NCBI GenBank assembly: GCA_043813875.1
Contig: JBDRKP010000067.1
Span: forward strand, 1-58,707
Reading direction: 5' to 3'
Source: an archaeon
GTDB taxonomy: Archaea; EX4484-52; B79-G9
Length of the DNA stretch: 58,707 bases
Shown: positions 1 to 12,100 of the stretch, piece after piece
Layout: every line of letters begins with the position of its first letter
How positions within the stretch are numbered: the first letter of the stretch is position 1
Translations under genes and position numbers: made by a program
Notes under the pieces: model-generated
What the model was told of the DNA's origin: nothing
The model's input: the letters and a program-made list of their open reading frames with translations, nothing else
Database searches by the model: none

Positions 1-1
1 A

Positions 2-3000
2 ATAAACATAACCGGAAACACCGTAGAGATTTACGCAAACATCTCAGGCAATATAACAAAAATAGAATACGTGACAGCAAACGTGACATGGAACGCAACC
101 TCAAAACAGAACATAACACTTGAATTCCACCACTACTATCCATCAGAAGACAAATACGAATATATAGGCACAATCACAGATACAAAAACAGACCGCTCAG
201 GAAACTATGACGTACTGATAACAGCAAAATCAGACACAACAATAAACACCACAAAAACATTCTTCGTGAACTACGGTAATCCAATAATAATGTTCGGTCC
301 AGATCCCCTGAAAATAAACGTCTCTGAAAACAGAACCCAGGAAATCACAATAAAAACTGTGGACGGGGATCTTGCAAACATAACAATAAAACTCACATCA
401 GAGAACGAAACGAGATTGAATCTATCTGCAGGCGAAGACCCTCTTCGCGAGATAGGATACATATACTATTCGGGAGGACTGTCCGAAACAGGTAGCGAAG
501 CAGACACCATCATATCTTATAACCTCACAGGTATTAATCTTGGAATAACAAACATCACAGCAAACGTAACATCCAAAAATAACAATCCATTGCTTGGAAA
601 AAAAGAGATAGAAGTGACAAACATAAATGACACAAACGCCCCAAACGTCACCGCAATATGGACCAACTCCTCTATTTTCAAATATAACCTGTACGACGAC
701 ATAATCATCTATGCAAACATATCAGAAGACAGCGGCCTCAAAACAAAGATAGCAGAAATAACGAAACCAGACGGCTATAAAAAGAACACAACAATGGTCT
801 GGGCAGGAACAGGAATCACATACAAGACAGACAGCCCTTTTACAAACGCCACCCTAAAAGACAACTACACAATAAGAATATATGCAATAGACTATTATGG
901 CAACGCAAATTCCACAGAGACCAAAAACTTCACAGTGACAGACATCTATCCGACAACAACAATCACCACAGAATCACTCTACAACCGCGGCGAAAACGCC
1001 ACAATAACTATAACAGTCTACGACATAAACAACAATACAATTTCCAATTTCAACACATCATTAAACATCACATACGAATCAGACACATCCACTCTCCTCG
1101 AAAACAACCAGATATACACATACGATTATTTCATAAACACATCAATCCTCGGCATCCATAACCTTACAGCAAACATCACCAAAAACGGAAACACTGGCAA
1201 CACAACAAGTACGTTCAACGTAACAAACATTCTGGCAATTACACTAGATACAGATAACAAGGTAACATTTCCAACAAGATATGAGATAAGACCGCTAAAA
1301 TTATATCTTTATTATGAAAGAATGGATCCATATCTAAACGACATTGACATCAAGGTAGTCTGTTTCAATGACACATCAGAACACACAGGAGACGTCCATC
1401 TCACAAAATATACAGAAAACATGTACACATACGAAGATCCGTTTAGCGGTGAACCGCAATGCTATACCCCTGTATCATCCTGCAAATCTTTTGAAATTAA
1501 AACAAACATAACAGATCTTTACAACAACACAGGAATAAAATCGATATCTTTAATCACTGAATGCGGCAGCTCATCAAGCTCAAGCAGCCCATCATCATCT
1601 GGAGGTGGGGGAAGCGGAATTGCAGGATTCATCACAAACCAGACAGAACGAATTATTGAAAGATTTTTCGGGAATCAGACAAACAAAGAATCCGTCAATG
1701 ACTTCGAATTCATACTGAACAAAAAAGATATCATCATACAACAAGGCAAAGACACAACAATAATAGCAACATTAAACAACATCGGCGATACAGAACAAGA
1801 GATCACATCCGAGGTCACAAAAGAATGCTGCAAAGTAGATATTGAAAAAAAAACATTCAAGATAGCAAAAAGAAACACAGAGGATGTGCCGATTCTTATA
1901 CACTCAAGCATCAAAACCCCGCCCGGGGAATATCTGATAACAATCACAATGAAATCAGAAAACATAACAAAAACAGAAACAATCAAAATCAGGATCATAG
2001 AAAATCAACTGATGAACACACTAAAAAAACTGGAGACAAACATCATCGAGCATGAAAAAGATATAGACACATACTCAAAAGCCGGTGTAAATGTAGACCA
2101 TCTGGCAAAAGCCCTGGAAGACCTAAAATCCTACCTCAAAGACGCAAAAGACTATATAGAAAAAGACGACCTCAAGAATTTAGACGATACAGTTCGCAAA
2201 GCCAACGAGAAATCATACTACATCGCCACAGAACTCCTAAGACTGGAAACAATGAAATGGCTCAACGAAAACAAAATCGAAATACTGGCCGCAATACTTA
2301 TATCCATCATACTAGTATACTTCTTAGTTTATTTCATCATACCCTATGCCTACATAAAAAAAGAGCTCAGCCAACTGAAAATAAAAGAAATCCAGCTAAA
2401 AGATGCTGAAAAGACAGTCCAGAAACAATACTTCATGCGCCAGCTGGACGAGGTCACATTCAACAAACTGATGTCAGAAAAGCACAGCGCCCTCCTCGAC
2501 ACACGCTCAGCGATAAAACGCATCGAAGAAAAAATAAGCCTCCTAAAACGGGGAAAACTTAACCTAAAAGAAGATGAGCACAGCAAATACTTCATATTAA
2601 ACCAGATAACCAAAAAGAAATATCCAAAGACAGATACAGAAAAAAAGACACAGATCCAGGATAAAATAAAATCCCTCAAAGAACAGGAATACAACCTCAC
2701 ACAATCCACAAAAGAAGCAGAAAAAAACTACAATATCCAGATCATAACTCAGAGCGAACTTGAACAGATAGTAAACAACAACAAAATCAAAATCAAAGAA
2801 ACAAGAAATCAGCTACAAGAACTGGAACAACCGGAAAACGCACCGCAAATAACAAAAGAAAAGAAGCCCGGCATCATCACAGAAATAAAGAAAAGATACG
2901 CCCAATACATGATCCAAAAACAGAAAATCCAAGTAGAAAACAAGATACATTCCTTGGAAAAAAAAGAACACACATTAGAACAGAAAGAAAAAGAATTAAA

Positions 3001-3097
3001 GCTAAAAGAAGAAGATATCGAAAAAGAAATAGAGACACTAAAAAAAGAAGACAACAACCTCAAAGAAAAACAAAACCAGCCTACAGATTCGGAGTGA
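2..3097 (+). CDS. Large cell-surface glycoprotein, 5'-truncated by the window edge: Ig-like/beta-sandwich repeats, Ser/Gly linker, one C-terminal TM helix, cytoplasmic coiled-coil tail
   Basis: Frame is open from base 2 (INITGNTVEIYANISG...). Thr/Asn-rich with many N-x-S/T sequons and a DTNAP repeat start. Contains an SSSSSSSPSSSGGGGSG linker, the hydrophobic stretch ILAAILISIILVYFLVYFII and a K/E-rich tail. Confidence 0.75.
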   Translation: MNITGNTVEIYANISGNITKIEYVTANVTWNATSKQNITLEFHHYYPSEDKYEYIGTITDTKTDRSGNYDVLITAKSDTTINTTKTFFVNYGNPIIMFGPDPLKINVSENRTQEITIKTVDGDLANITIKLTSENETRLNLSAGEDPLREIGYIYYSGGLSETGSEADTIISYNLTGINLGITNITANVTSKNNNPLLGKKEIEVTNINDTNAPNVTAIWTNSSIFKYNLYDDIIIYANISEDSGLKTKIAEITKPDGYKKNTTMVWAGTGITYKTDSPFTNATLKDNYTIRIYAIDYYGNANSTETKNFTVTDIYPTTTITTESLYNRGENATITITVYDINNNTISNFNTSLNITYESDTSTLLENNQIYTYDYFINTSILGIHNLTANITKNGNTGNTTSTFNVTNILAITLDTDNKVTFPTRYEIRPLKLYLYYERMDPYLNDIDIKVVCFNDTSEHTGDVHLTKYTENMYTYEDPFSGEPQCYTPVSSCKSFEIKTNITDLYNNTGIKSISLITECGSSSSSSSPSSSGGGGSGIAGFITNQTERIIERFFGNQTNKESVNDFEFILNKKDIIIQQGKDTTIIATLNNIGDTEQEITSEVTKECCKVDIEKKTFKIAKRNTEDVPILIHSSIKTPPGEYLITITMKSENITKTETIKIRIIENQLMNTLKKLETNIIEHEKDIDTYSKAGVNVDHLAKALEDLKSYLKDAKDYIEKDDLKNLDDTVRKANEKSYYIATELLRLETMKWLNENKIEILAAILISIILVYFLVYFIIPYAYIKKELSQLKIKEIQLKDAEKTVQKQYFMRQLDEVTFNKLMSEKHSALLDTRSAIKRIEEKISLLKRGKLNLKEDEHSKYFILNQITKKKYPKTDTEKKTQIQDKIKSLKEQEYNLTQSTKEAEKNYNIQIITQSELEQIVNNNKIKIKETRNQLQELEQPENAPQITKEKKPGIITEIKKRYAQYMIQKQKIQVENKIHSLEKKEHTLEQKEKELKLKEEDIEKEIETLKKEDNNLKEKQNQPTDSE

Positions 3098-3890
3098 CCC
3101 ACACTTCAAGCACAGCAGCAAGAACCAAAATCAACGAAGACACAAGATAAAGCACACCAGCATCCTTTGCAATCCTGAAATCCTGCTCGCCCCTGATCAT
3201 CCCTATAGAAAGTATCCCACCGGCAATGCCCGCAATAAAATAAGCCACAATTTCCGGTACTCCATGTATCGATATAGACAGCAATGCATCGAGATGCCCC
3301 TGCATGAGCGAATACGAATACTTTCTCGAAAACTCCTTTGCAAGATCACTCACAAAGACACCAATCACAGATGCATTCCACGACAATATGAATATCGCTC
3401 CTGTCCCAAAGAAAAAAGACATCAAAAAAGCGATAGTTGTAACCTTCAGATTATTCGAAAGAATAGTCCAGAAAGTCATCGTTGTTTCTGTAGCTGCCCC
3501 ACTAAACCTGATGCTTGCAATAGTATTCATCTGCTGTGAAAAAAGCGATTGCGTGTAAGTCTCTGGCAGCATCGTATACCAGAAAGAGACAGCAATCAAT
3601 ACCCCTAAAAAGAGATACGCATAAACCATGATAGTCTTCTCATAATGGACAAAAAAATCAAGATCGATCCTATCAGTCTCCTCATCAATCTCCTCATCAT
3701 CCTTCAGGATGGCAGAAATTGTAGGAAATGCGGCAATAGTGATCAAAAAAAGAAATATAACAGAAGATGAAGAGGGAAATATATAATAGGCAGCAAACAA
3801 AGACACAGAAGTGATGAGAATACCATAAAAAAACATCTCAATTGGCTTCGATTCAGCTTCCTTTGCGTTCATCAGCATCTCAAAAACCAT
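3081..3890 (-). CDS. Stage II sporulation protein M (SpoIIM/DUF95) family membrane protein
   Basis: Multi-TM protein with ILSNNLKV, ILSWNASVIG, HGVPEIVAYFIAGIAGG and AAVLE motifs. Start placed at ATG 3890. Confidence 0.8.
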   Translation of the reverse strand: MVFEMLMNAKEAESKPIEMFFYGILITSVSLFAAYYIFPSSSSVIFLFLITIAAFPTISAILKDDEEIDEETDRIDLDFFVHYEKTIMVYAYLFLGVLIAVSFWYTMLPETYTQSLFSQQMNTIASIRFSGAATETTMTFWTILSNNLKVTTIAFLMSFFFGTGAIFILSWNASVIGVFVSDLAKEFSRKYSYSLMQGHLDALLSISIHGVPEIVAYFIAGIAGGILSIGMIRGEQDFRIAKDAGVLYLVSSLILVLAAVLEVWVTPNL

Positions 3891-3967
3891 CACACACCAC
3901 CATTCCAGATATATTATAGTTGCTCGCATAACTATTTAGACAAAAATGCGATCAATCTATATGGAAA

Positions 3968-4045
3968 CGTTCGAAAAGCATGGCTTTTCAACGTGTCTGG
4001 AAAGCAAAGCTTTCCAACATGTGAAAATCCAGAGGATTTTCAGAC
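3968..4045. repeat. Cluster of three related short hairpins (REP-like palindromic element)
   Basis: GAAAAGC-ATG-GCTTTTC, GGAAAGC-AAA-GCTTTCC and GAAAATCC-AGA-GGATTTTC. The last two are enclosed by GTCTG...CAGAC. Confidence 0.65.
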
Positions 4046-4208
4046 AAAGCACATTAATTGTAAATACAATTGTGCTTTTTACTATATATTCACAACTCAT
4101 ATATATAATCTTGAGTACCGGCAAAAACAAAAAATCATCCTTTCAACTACTCAGAGACATACAACAAATATATAAAATTACTACATTAAGACAAGGTAAG
4201 GTGAAAAC

Positions 4209-5276
4209 ATGGAAGAACTCATCCCATTTCTAGAAAATAACAGGGACATTATCGACAAAAAAATCGAAAAATACCTTCCAAAAAAGATAGACTCTGCATA
4301 CCTCGAATGGCTCGCAGGACCTGCAAGATACACATACGATATAGACTCAATCCAGAAATGTATCATCGATCCCACATGGAACCTCCTCAACAGGGGAGGC
4401 AAAAGATGGCGCCCTAACTTCTTCATTCTCATCGTAGAATCACTAGGCAAAGATGCAGATAACTTGCTGGACTTCGCAATAATACCCGAACTCATCCACA
4501 ACGGGACACTCATAATTGACGATGTAGAAGATAACTCAGACAAGAGAAGAAACAAACCGACAATACACAACATATACGGAACAGACATTGCAATCAACGC
4601 AGGCAACGCCCTTTACTATATACCGCTAAAAATAATAGACGAAAACAAGAACAAACTCGGTCCGGAGTTGACATCCCGCGCATACGAAGTATACGTACAG
4701 GAAATGATAAACCTCTCACTCGGCCAGGCCATGGACATATGGTGGCACCGTGGAAAAAACAACAATGTATCCGTCGAACAATATCTTCAGATGTGCGCAT
4801 ATAAAACCGGCACACTCGCAAGACTCACAGCAAAACTGGCAGTAATCCTGTCATCAGGCACAGAAAAACAGGAAGAAAAGATAAGCAAAATCGCCGAATC
4901 CATTGGCATAGGATTCCAGATACAGGACGACATACTGGACATGACATCAGACGAACGTGAGAAATTCGGCAAATCATTCGGAAACGACATCCATGAAGGA
5001 AAAAGAACACTTATGGTAATCCACACTCTAAACAGCGCCAGCGAAAAAGACAAAAAGAGACTGGCCGAAATACTGGATAAACACACAAGAGACGAAAAGC
5101 TAATCAACGAAGCATTCGACATAATAAACAAATACAAATCCATCGAATTCGCAAAAAGCACAGCCAAAAAAATCATAGAAGAAGCATGGAACGAAGTAGA
5201 CGTAATCCTGCCGGAATCAAAATCAAAACAGATGCTCTCAAAGCTGGTCACATACCTTATAGAACGAAAAATATAG
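4209..5276 (+). CDS. idsA: Polyprenyl diphosphate (geranylgeranyl-PP) synthase
   Basis: GGKRWRP, first Asp-rich motif LIIDDVEDNSDKRR, GQAMD, YKTG, second motif FQIQDDILD, and GNDIHEGKRT. Confidence 0.9.
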   Translation: MEELIPFLENNRDIIDKKIEKYLPKKIDSAYLEWLAGPARYTYDIDSIQKCIIDPTWNLLNRGGKRWRPNFFILIVESLGKDADNLLDFAIIPELIHNGTLIIDDVEDNSDKRRNKPTIHNIYGTDIAINAGNALYYIPLKIIDENKNKLGPELTSRAYEVYVQEMINLSLGQAMDIWWHRGKNNNVSVEQYLQMCAYKTGTLARLTAKLAVILSSGTEKQEEKISKIAESIGIGFQIQDDILDMTSDEREKFGKSFGNDIHEGKRTLMVIHTLNSASEKDKKRLAEILDKHTRDEKLINEAFDIINKYKSIEFAKSTAKKIIEEAWNEVDVILPESKSKQMLSKLVTYLIERKI

Positions 5277-5327
5277 CCCTATAACAGACACATAATTATA
5301 TATACAGGTTTTACACATAATACTAAC

Positions 5328-6011
5328 ATGGCATTCGAGATAAAAAGAACACCAACAGGTATTTCTGGACTGGACAAACTCATTTTAGGAGGTCTGCCGG
5401 AACCATCTGTCACGTTGATAACAGGATCCGCCGGAACAGCCAAGACAACATTTCTATTGCAATTTCTCTGGGAAGGATTAAAACAAAAAGAAAATGGCCT
5501 ATTCATCACACTGGAAGAGACCCCTGAAGAGATAAAAAGAGATGCCCTCCAATTTGGTTGGGACTTCGGAAAATACGAAAAAGACGGAAAATGCAGTATC
5601 GAATTCTTTGACCCGTTCGAACTGGGCGACATAGCAAGCCGCCTGAAAGACCTCATCGTCGTAAACAACTACAAAAGAGTCGTAATCGACTCAACATCAC
5701 TATTCGGGATGTATATAAACGACACATACAAAGTCAGGAAAAAGCTATACAAACTGGTCCAATCATTAAAGACATCTGGCTGCACAGCATTATTATCCTC
5801 CGAAATACCAGAAAAAAGCGACACATTATCACGCTTCGGCGTCGAAGAATACGTAGTAGACGGAGTAATAATCCTGTATTACACCGGCATGGAAAATGGA
5901 GTATGCCGCAGCCTTGCAATAAGAAAACTCAGACTGACAAACTACGCGAACGGAACATTCCCATTCAGGATAACCGATGAAGGAATAAAAATATTAAAAG
6001 ACGACATATAA
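5328..6011 (+). CDS. Single-domain KaiC-like RecA-superfamily ATPase
   Basis: RTPTGISGLD, variant Walker A GSAGTAKT, ITLEE, RVVIDS, SRFGVEEYVVDGVIIL, IRKLR. Confidence 0.9.
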   Translation: MAFEIKRTPTGISGLDKLILGGLPEPSVTLITGSAGTAKTTFLLQFLWEGLKQKENGLFITLEETPEEIKRDALQFGWDFGKYEKDGKCSIEFFDPFELGDIASRLKDLIVVNNYKRVVIDSTSLFGMYINDTYKVRKKLYKLVQSLKTSGCTALLSSEIPEKSDTLSRFGVEEYVVDGVIILYYTGMENGVCRSLAIRKLRLTNYANGTFPFRITDEGIKILKDDI

Positions 6012-6198
6012 CATAAACTCATACTAATACTAATATAGTGAATTCAACAACATTTGGCATATATGTTGAATTTCCATATCGTCAATTGCATTCGGTTTTT
6101 GGATATGTTTTAGCTCAAAAGTCATCCGATTGAATATATTTCCACATCTTTCTTTAAAAAGAACAACAGTAATCTTCGGACGTCAAACTTCAATTCAA

Positions 6199-9100
6199 TT
6201 ATCGGCACCAGACACACTTACCCTTATAGATTCTGCCACCGCAGTCCGGACACACACTTTCGACAACATGTTCAAAAGCATCAGTTACAAACTTCTCACC
6301 AACGCCATCTCTACGAGACTTGTGCGTATAATACGCATCATTCTTCGAAAACGAACTAGAACCAGTTCCTAGAGGCACTTCAAAAGAATCATCACGAGTC
6401 TTCACCAAAGAATCACTAAACTTGTATCCGCACCACACACACCTATTCTGGAATATCTTCCCTCCGCACTCCGGACACTTAAGCTCAAGCACTTTTTCCA
6501 CAACATCAGCAATATATCTCTTTTTAGCAACAGAGTGCGCATAATAGACATCATGCTTCCCAAGAACCTTAAGCAACATAGAAGGAACCTTAACATTCGA
6601 CAAATCAATCTTTGGCAACCTCAAAAAGGGCGCTCCAGCCGACAAATCTCCCGGCAGGACAGGCTCCTTCGAATATGCAGTCCTGTTACGCAAAAAGAAC
6701 CAATATACCATAAGCGCACCCATCGCAAATAGCACAATAACAGCGACAGAGACAAAAGACCAGTTGACACCCGTCTCAGTCACATCACCTAACACCTTGA
6801 TACCCTCAAGCAACAACTGAATATTCTTCTCAGCTTCATCAAGCAGATAGCCCGCTTTATCATAATCCCCTCCATCAATATAACCGCCAGCATCTTTCAG
6901 ATTCTTCTGTGCAAGATCATAATAGACCTTCAATTCAGGAGTCAGTAAAGACACATCAATATCATCCAAAATAGAGCCCAATCTATCCAGCCTGTTTCGA
7001 AGAGACTGAACATCGACACCAACCTCATGAACTACCCTCAAAGTCACAAAAAGATCCTTACTGACATGATCATTAAACACAGATAACATGCCCACATAAT
7101 CGCCATCATCAACTCCACTGTCAATAGCACATATCCTGACAATTATTGACCTCTCTTCACCGGGATATAACATATCCAATAAAGAATCATAATTAGCCTC
7201 TAAAAATTTAGGCACCCCGGAAAGTTCAACATTCAGATTATTCAAAACAGTATTACCTTCATTAGACACATACACAGGCACATTAACGCAACTGTCGCCA
7301 CTCGCCGAGATACTTAGGATATAATACGACTCAGCAGATAATGACAAATCATAGACTTCAGCAACACTTCCATTTCCTTTTGGCACAATAACAATACCAA
7401 GTCCACTACTCGAAGAACTCGACGACGAACCACCCCCGCTTGAGCCACCATCGCAGGCCGTGACCTGGTAAGAACCACTACAGCAATACCCGGAACTATA
7501 AAGATTAGACCCGCAATAACAGACAGGCGAAATCACCCCCTCACCGCAATTAGAATAGGCAGCAGTCATAACGACATCAACATAGGTAATGTTTCCATCA
7601 CTGGTATTATAGGGACCAAGAACCACACCATCATAACCCACCTTGGCCGCAGTTACATTTATCGAAGTATTATAGACACTCGCATTAGCTAGAAGAAACG
7701 CCAACCCATCATCGCCACTGACCTGGCCATCAATATAGACAGTATCATTATACCACAAACTCACATTTACCCCGCCGACAGACGTATTGACTCTGAATAC
7801 GCCATAACCGGCAGTACTATTAAGAACTAAAGAGAGATTATTGCCGTTATCCTTATCCATTCCCGGCTGAACATCAACAGACAAGTCAGGCGCAAAATAG
7901 CCACGCAGATACAAATCAGTCCTATTGAACACCACAGGATACTGGCCCGTAAGCGAATAATTTACCTTCAGAAAATATATTTCCCCACTTGCATCAGTAA
8001 CATTAGTCAAATTACCGATACCAACACTAACATTGCCAAGACCAGCAGTTCCATTGCTGATATTCACATAGAACTGCGTCTCGTTTGCATACAATATTTT
8101 GCTGTTCATGGCGCCAATATTCGCAACATCGATCGTGCTGTCAAAAACAGACATATAATCCAAAAGCCCCGCAAACTCCAGAGAATACATACCCGGCAAC
8201 ACCTTATAGAACAGCACAGAACCATTGACAGTGACATTCGTAACCGACGGCAGAGACTTAAGAGTCACATTAATCCCGGAAAGCGCCACCCCGGATTCAT
8301 CAAACAGAGTGATATTCACTTTAGTGATATTAAGCACAACATTCCTTTGCACAGGCGTCTCTGTTGGTATGATATGCGACTCAAGATAATAATCATACCC
8401 CATAGCGGTCCCGTTCACGAGAAGGTCATAATCGCTAAAATTATCTCGGTTGACAACGCACACATATTCATTATAATAGAAATCGCAATCAGATTTATCG
8501 ATAACAAAAGTGCCACCGCTCGCAATATTCTGCACTAATTTGATTGAAACATTCTTAGAGATCAACTCATTATTCTCGGAAGTCACATTTATCCTGATAA
8601 AAGACAAAGGCGCAGGCACAAGAGACAAATTATAATTGACAGTCGGCAAAGTGGATATAGTGATATTATCAAGGATATAATAACCGGTCTTGATTACCCT
8701 TATAGTATAAGGAGGATAACTCAGGACACCAGTCCTTGAATTGACATCAAAAGAAAATGACCCATCAGCAGCAGTCAGCCCGCCATACGCCTCACAATTA
8801 TCATAGATCATATCCCCTCCATAACACTGGTGCGAACGCAAAAGAATCGAGGCACCAAAAATAGGTCGCGACCCGTTATGCACTTTCACATAACCGCTGA
8901 TCACCTTGTCCCCTAAAAGACCGACATTGACATTTTTGCTGACATCAACATCATTTTCATACTTGACGCTCAACCCCACAGCAGATACATTAAAACAATA
9001 ATCCTGATAGCTTGAAGGATTTTCCTGCATCATCGGTGAGACAACAAGAGAATATGTGCCGTTGCCTGCAGTCACTGTCTGATACCTAAGAAGCGTCGGC

Positions 9101-12100
9101 GACGGTATGACATCACACGATGTTTTCGCATACATCTTAAGAGTTGCAGCAGAGACGGGCTCATAAGAAAGATTCATAGGCTGCTTGAAATTCATATCAT
9201 AGACATACCCTGATAATGTAGTATTACCGCCAAGCCCCAATCTTATCATCGGCTTGATGCCAAGCGAGTTCACAGAATCATCATAAGTCCCCCTGCGCTG
9301 GATTCCTTCGTTCAGATCATCATACTGTACATAACCATTCGCATTGACAGAGACATAATAAGTCAATAACCCATTGACCTTGATCTTGGCCCTTCCATTG
9401 ACATCTGTATTCCCGGAATTCTGTATGACAACACCAACCACATTAGCATAATACGTCATCCTTCCGTAACCGACATCTTCCCCATTGACAATGAAATCAT
9501 ATATTCCCGTAGGCACATTATATATCACCGCATTTCCGTTCGAATCTGTCTTGTTGGACCATCTGATCACAGTCGAATTATAATCCTTGATGCTTATAGT
9601 CACATTCACAGGCACGATATCACTGTTCAAAGTGAAATTCAGGTTGAATGTATTTCCCATAGACTGCGGAGGATCGACCCAGGCATAATTGCTTGAGTTG
9701 CCGGCAACGACATTCACCCTCGTAGAATTTTCGACAAGAATTCCGACAAATTTTGTCACAGTTACATTGCAGTCAATGCATGGGAGAGCCCGATTGAATA
9801 TCACAATGCCCCCGGCATCAGAAACACCAGTCATATTCCCGCCGGTTGCATTCTTTGCGACCGTCGTATTATCAGACAGATATAATGTCACACTCGCGCC
9901 GCCTACCGGCACAAATGAAGCATCAGTGACATTCACAATCAGTTTCGTGATATTGACGACAAGACTGGTCACACTGTCCCCAAAGATTGGACCATAAACA
10001 GAACCATTAAGCCCATAACCTTGTCTCGTGCCATTAACACTGATATTATAAGTATATCCGTCAACAAGGTCACTAAAGACAACATAACCGGAACTGGTTG
10101 TATTTTTAGTCAAAGTATAAGTCTGGTTATAAAGCCGAACAGATGCGCCGTCACCATTATCATCCGCCCCCACAAGACTTCCAGTCGTATCATTCACATA
10201 TACAATCAGGCTCACAGGAGCCGGCGTAACATTAAACACAAAATCCCCGCCTGATACGCAATTTCCTGCAGGGTCACAGAGCGTATAATTCCAGGAATAA
10301 CTATCATTGGCAAGAGCTGGTGAGAAAACGTTTTGATTTGAAACATAGCTGGCATTTGTCAATATCCACTGGGTGGAATTGGTCCAGTAAACGACAGTGA
10401 GATTGACCGGTTCGCTAGCATTTATTTCGAAACTGACAACAGCTGGTTCCACAAAATAGGACGGGTCAACAGGACTCACATCAATCGCAGTCGGATAGAC
10501 AGTATCAACCGTAAACACCCTTGGCCCTGCAATCCCTGTCCTGCCGTTATATGCCTTCCCGTAGAAGACAACGCTATAGCTCCCATCAGCCATACTGAAT
10601 ATTAGATCATAAAAATTGGTCATCGTCAGATTGAACATGCTTTCATTTGGCTGTCCGTTTAGCGAATAATTTGCACCAACAAGAGGCTTATTACCTGAAA
10701 TGTTAAAGAGCATGATTGCACCGCTGTTATAACTCTTATTCTCTGGAGACATGATTGATAACACAGGCACACTAGTATCAACAATAAACGAATAATTCGC
10801 AACAGAGAAATTATGATTGCCGCTGGTATCCGTACAGTTGATATTCCAGAGATAACTGCCCTCAGCAATAGCATTCAATGTAATCGAATTAAGAGCAGAC
10901 CTGACGATAACGCTATCATTCGTCATATTGAATTTCCACACACCTCCGGTGTCCGTCCACAGCTCACAGCTCTGTATCGGCGACAAATCAGTCACATTAA
11001 ACTCAAAAGTGACATTTTCAATATATGACGGAGTGCCATTAGGCGATATAAGAGTCACGAACGGCGCAACCGTATCCAGGACAGTGATATTTGCCGTCGT
11101 CTTATTGATATTGCCCCACGTATCATTGGCATATATCGTATAAATCTCCGTGCCGGCAGCCCCGGGGAGCCACGTATACTGATAAATATCACTCAAAACC
11201 CGGGCCATCGTCCGGTTAGTACCATCCACTTCAATAAGCACCATATCAACCATATTCTGCAAATCAATAGCTCCAATCGTAACAGTCACATAGCTGCCCA
11301 ACTCAATCGGGTCCGCACTCTCTGTGAGATTAAAAAAGACAGGAGGTATAGTATCAGTATTATAGGCATTCATATATGAAACACCGCCTGTACCGACAAT
11401 CATGCTCTCCTCATAATATCCGCAGCCAATTGAAGTTCCATCGACTTTCAATATATAGGTCCCGACCGGCACTGTCCTGAAATACACAATACTGCTACCG
11501 GAACTTGTATTAAGCGAACTGTAATAGTTATTTGTGACACCCACAAGAGTCACATTGAAGTCATCACGCTGCAGGCCGTTGCAGACAACACTGACATTCA
11601 CCCGGGTCTCATCAATATAATAGTTGTAATCCGTCTTGTTATTATACGTGTATAACTCAATATGCGCATCCCCAATCTCTTCATTATTCAACGCATACTT
11701 ATCATAGAGATACAGTTCAGCATAAGCTTCAAGAGCGATAACATCCGAAAAATTCCCGGCTAGGACCCCGCCATTCAGTGGAAGTATCTGTTCTATATAA
11801 CCATCCCTCGTTATCTTCAGCCTATAACTCTCCCCGCCCCGGATATTAAAGCTGGTAGCACCACCCCACCCTGTTGATTTTATATAAAGACAAGAAACGG
11901 AAGTCATATTATAAAACACGCATACCATGGAATTGTCGATATTCATATTATCGAAATCATCAATAGTCTTGACATAGATACTGACACTGCCATTCATAGC
12001 AATATCCTGGACTCTATCAGTCCCCCCCATACCAGTCCTGTCCTGATCCCATGTAAGATTTTCAATGACCTTGTTCTGATAACCTGCAAGCGATACCCGT

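Noticed and set aside
5328..6011. KaiC proteins as a circadian clock
   Set aside because: All three are single-domain, with no KaiA/KaiB in the window. They fit general archaeal signalling ATPases better.
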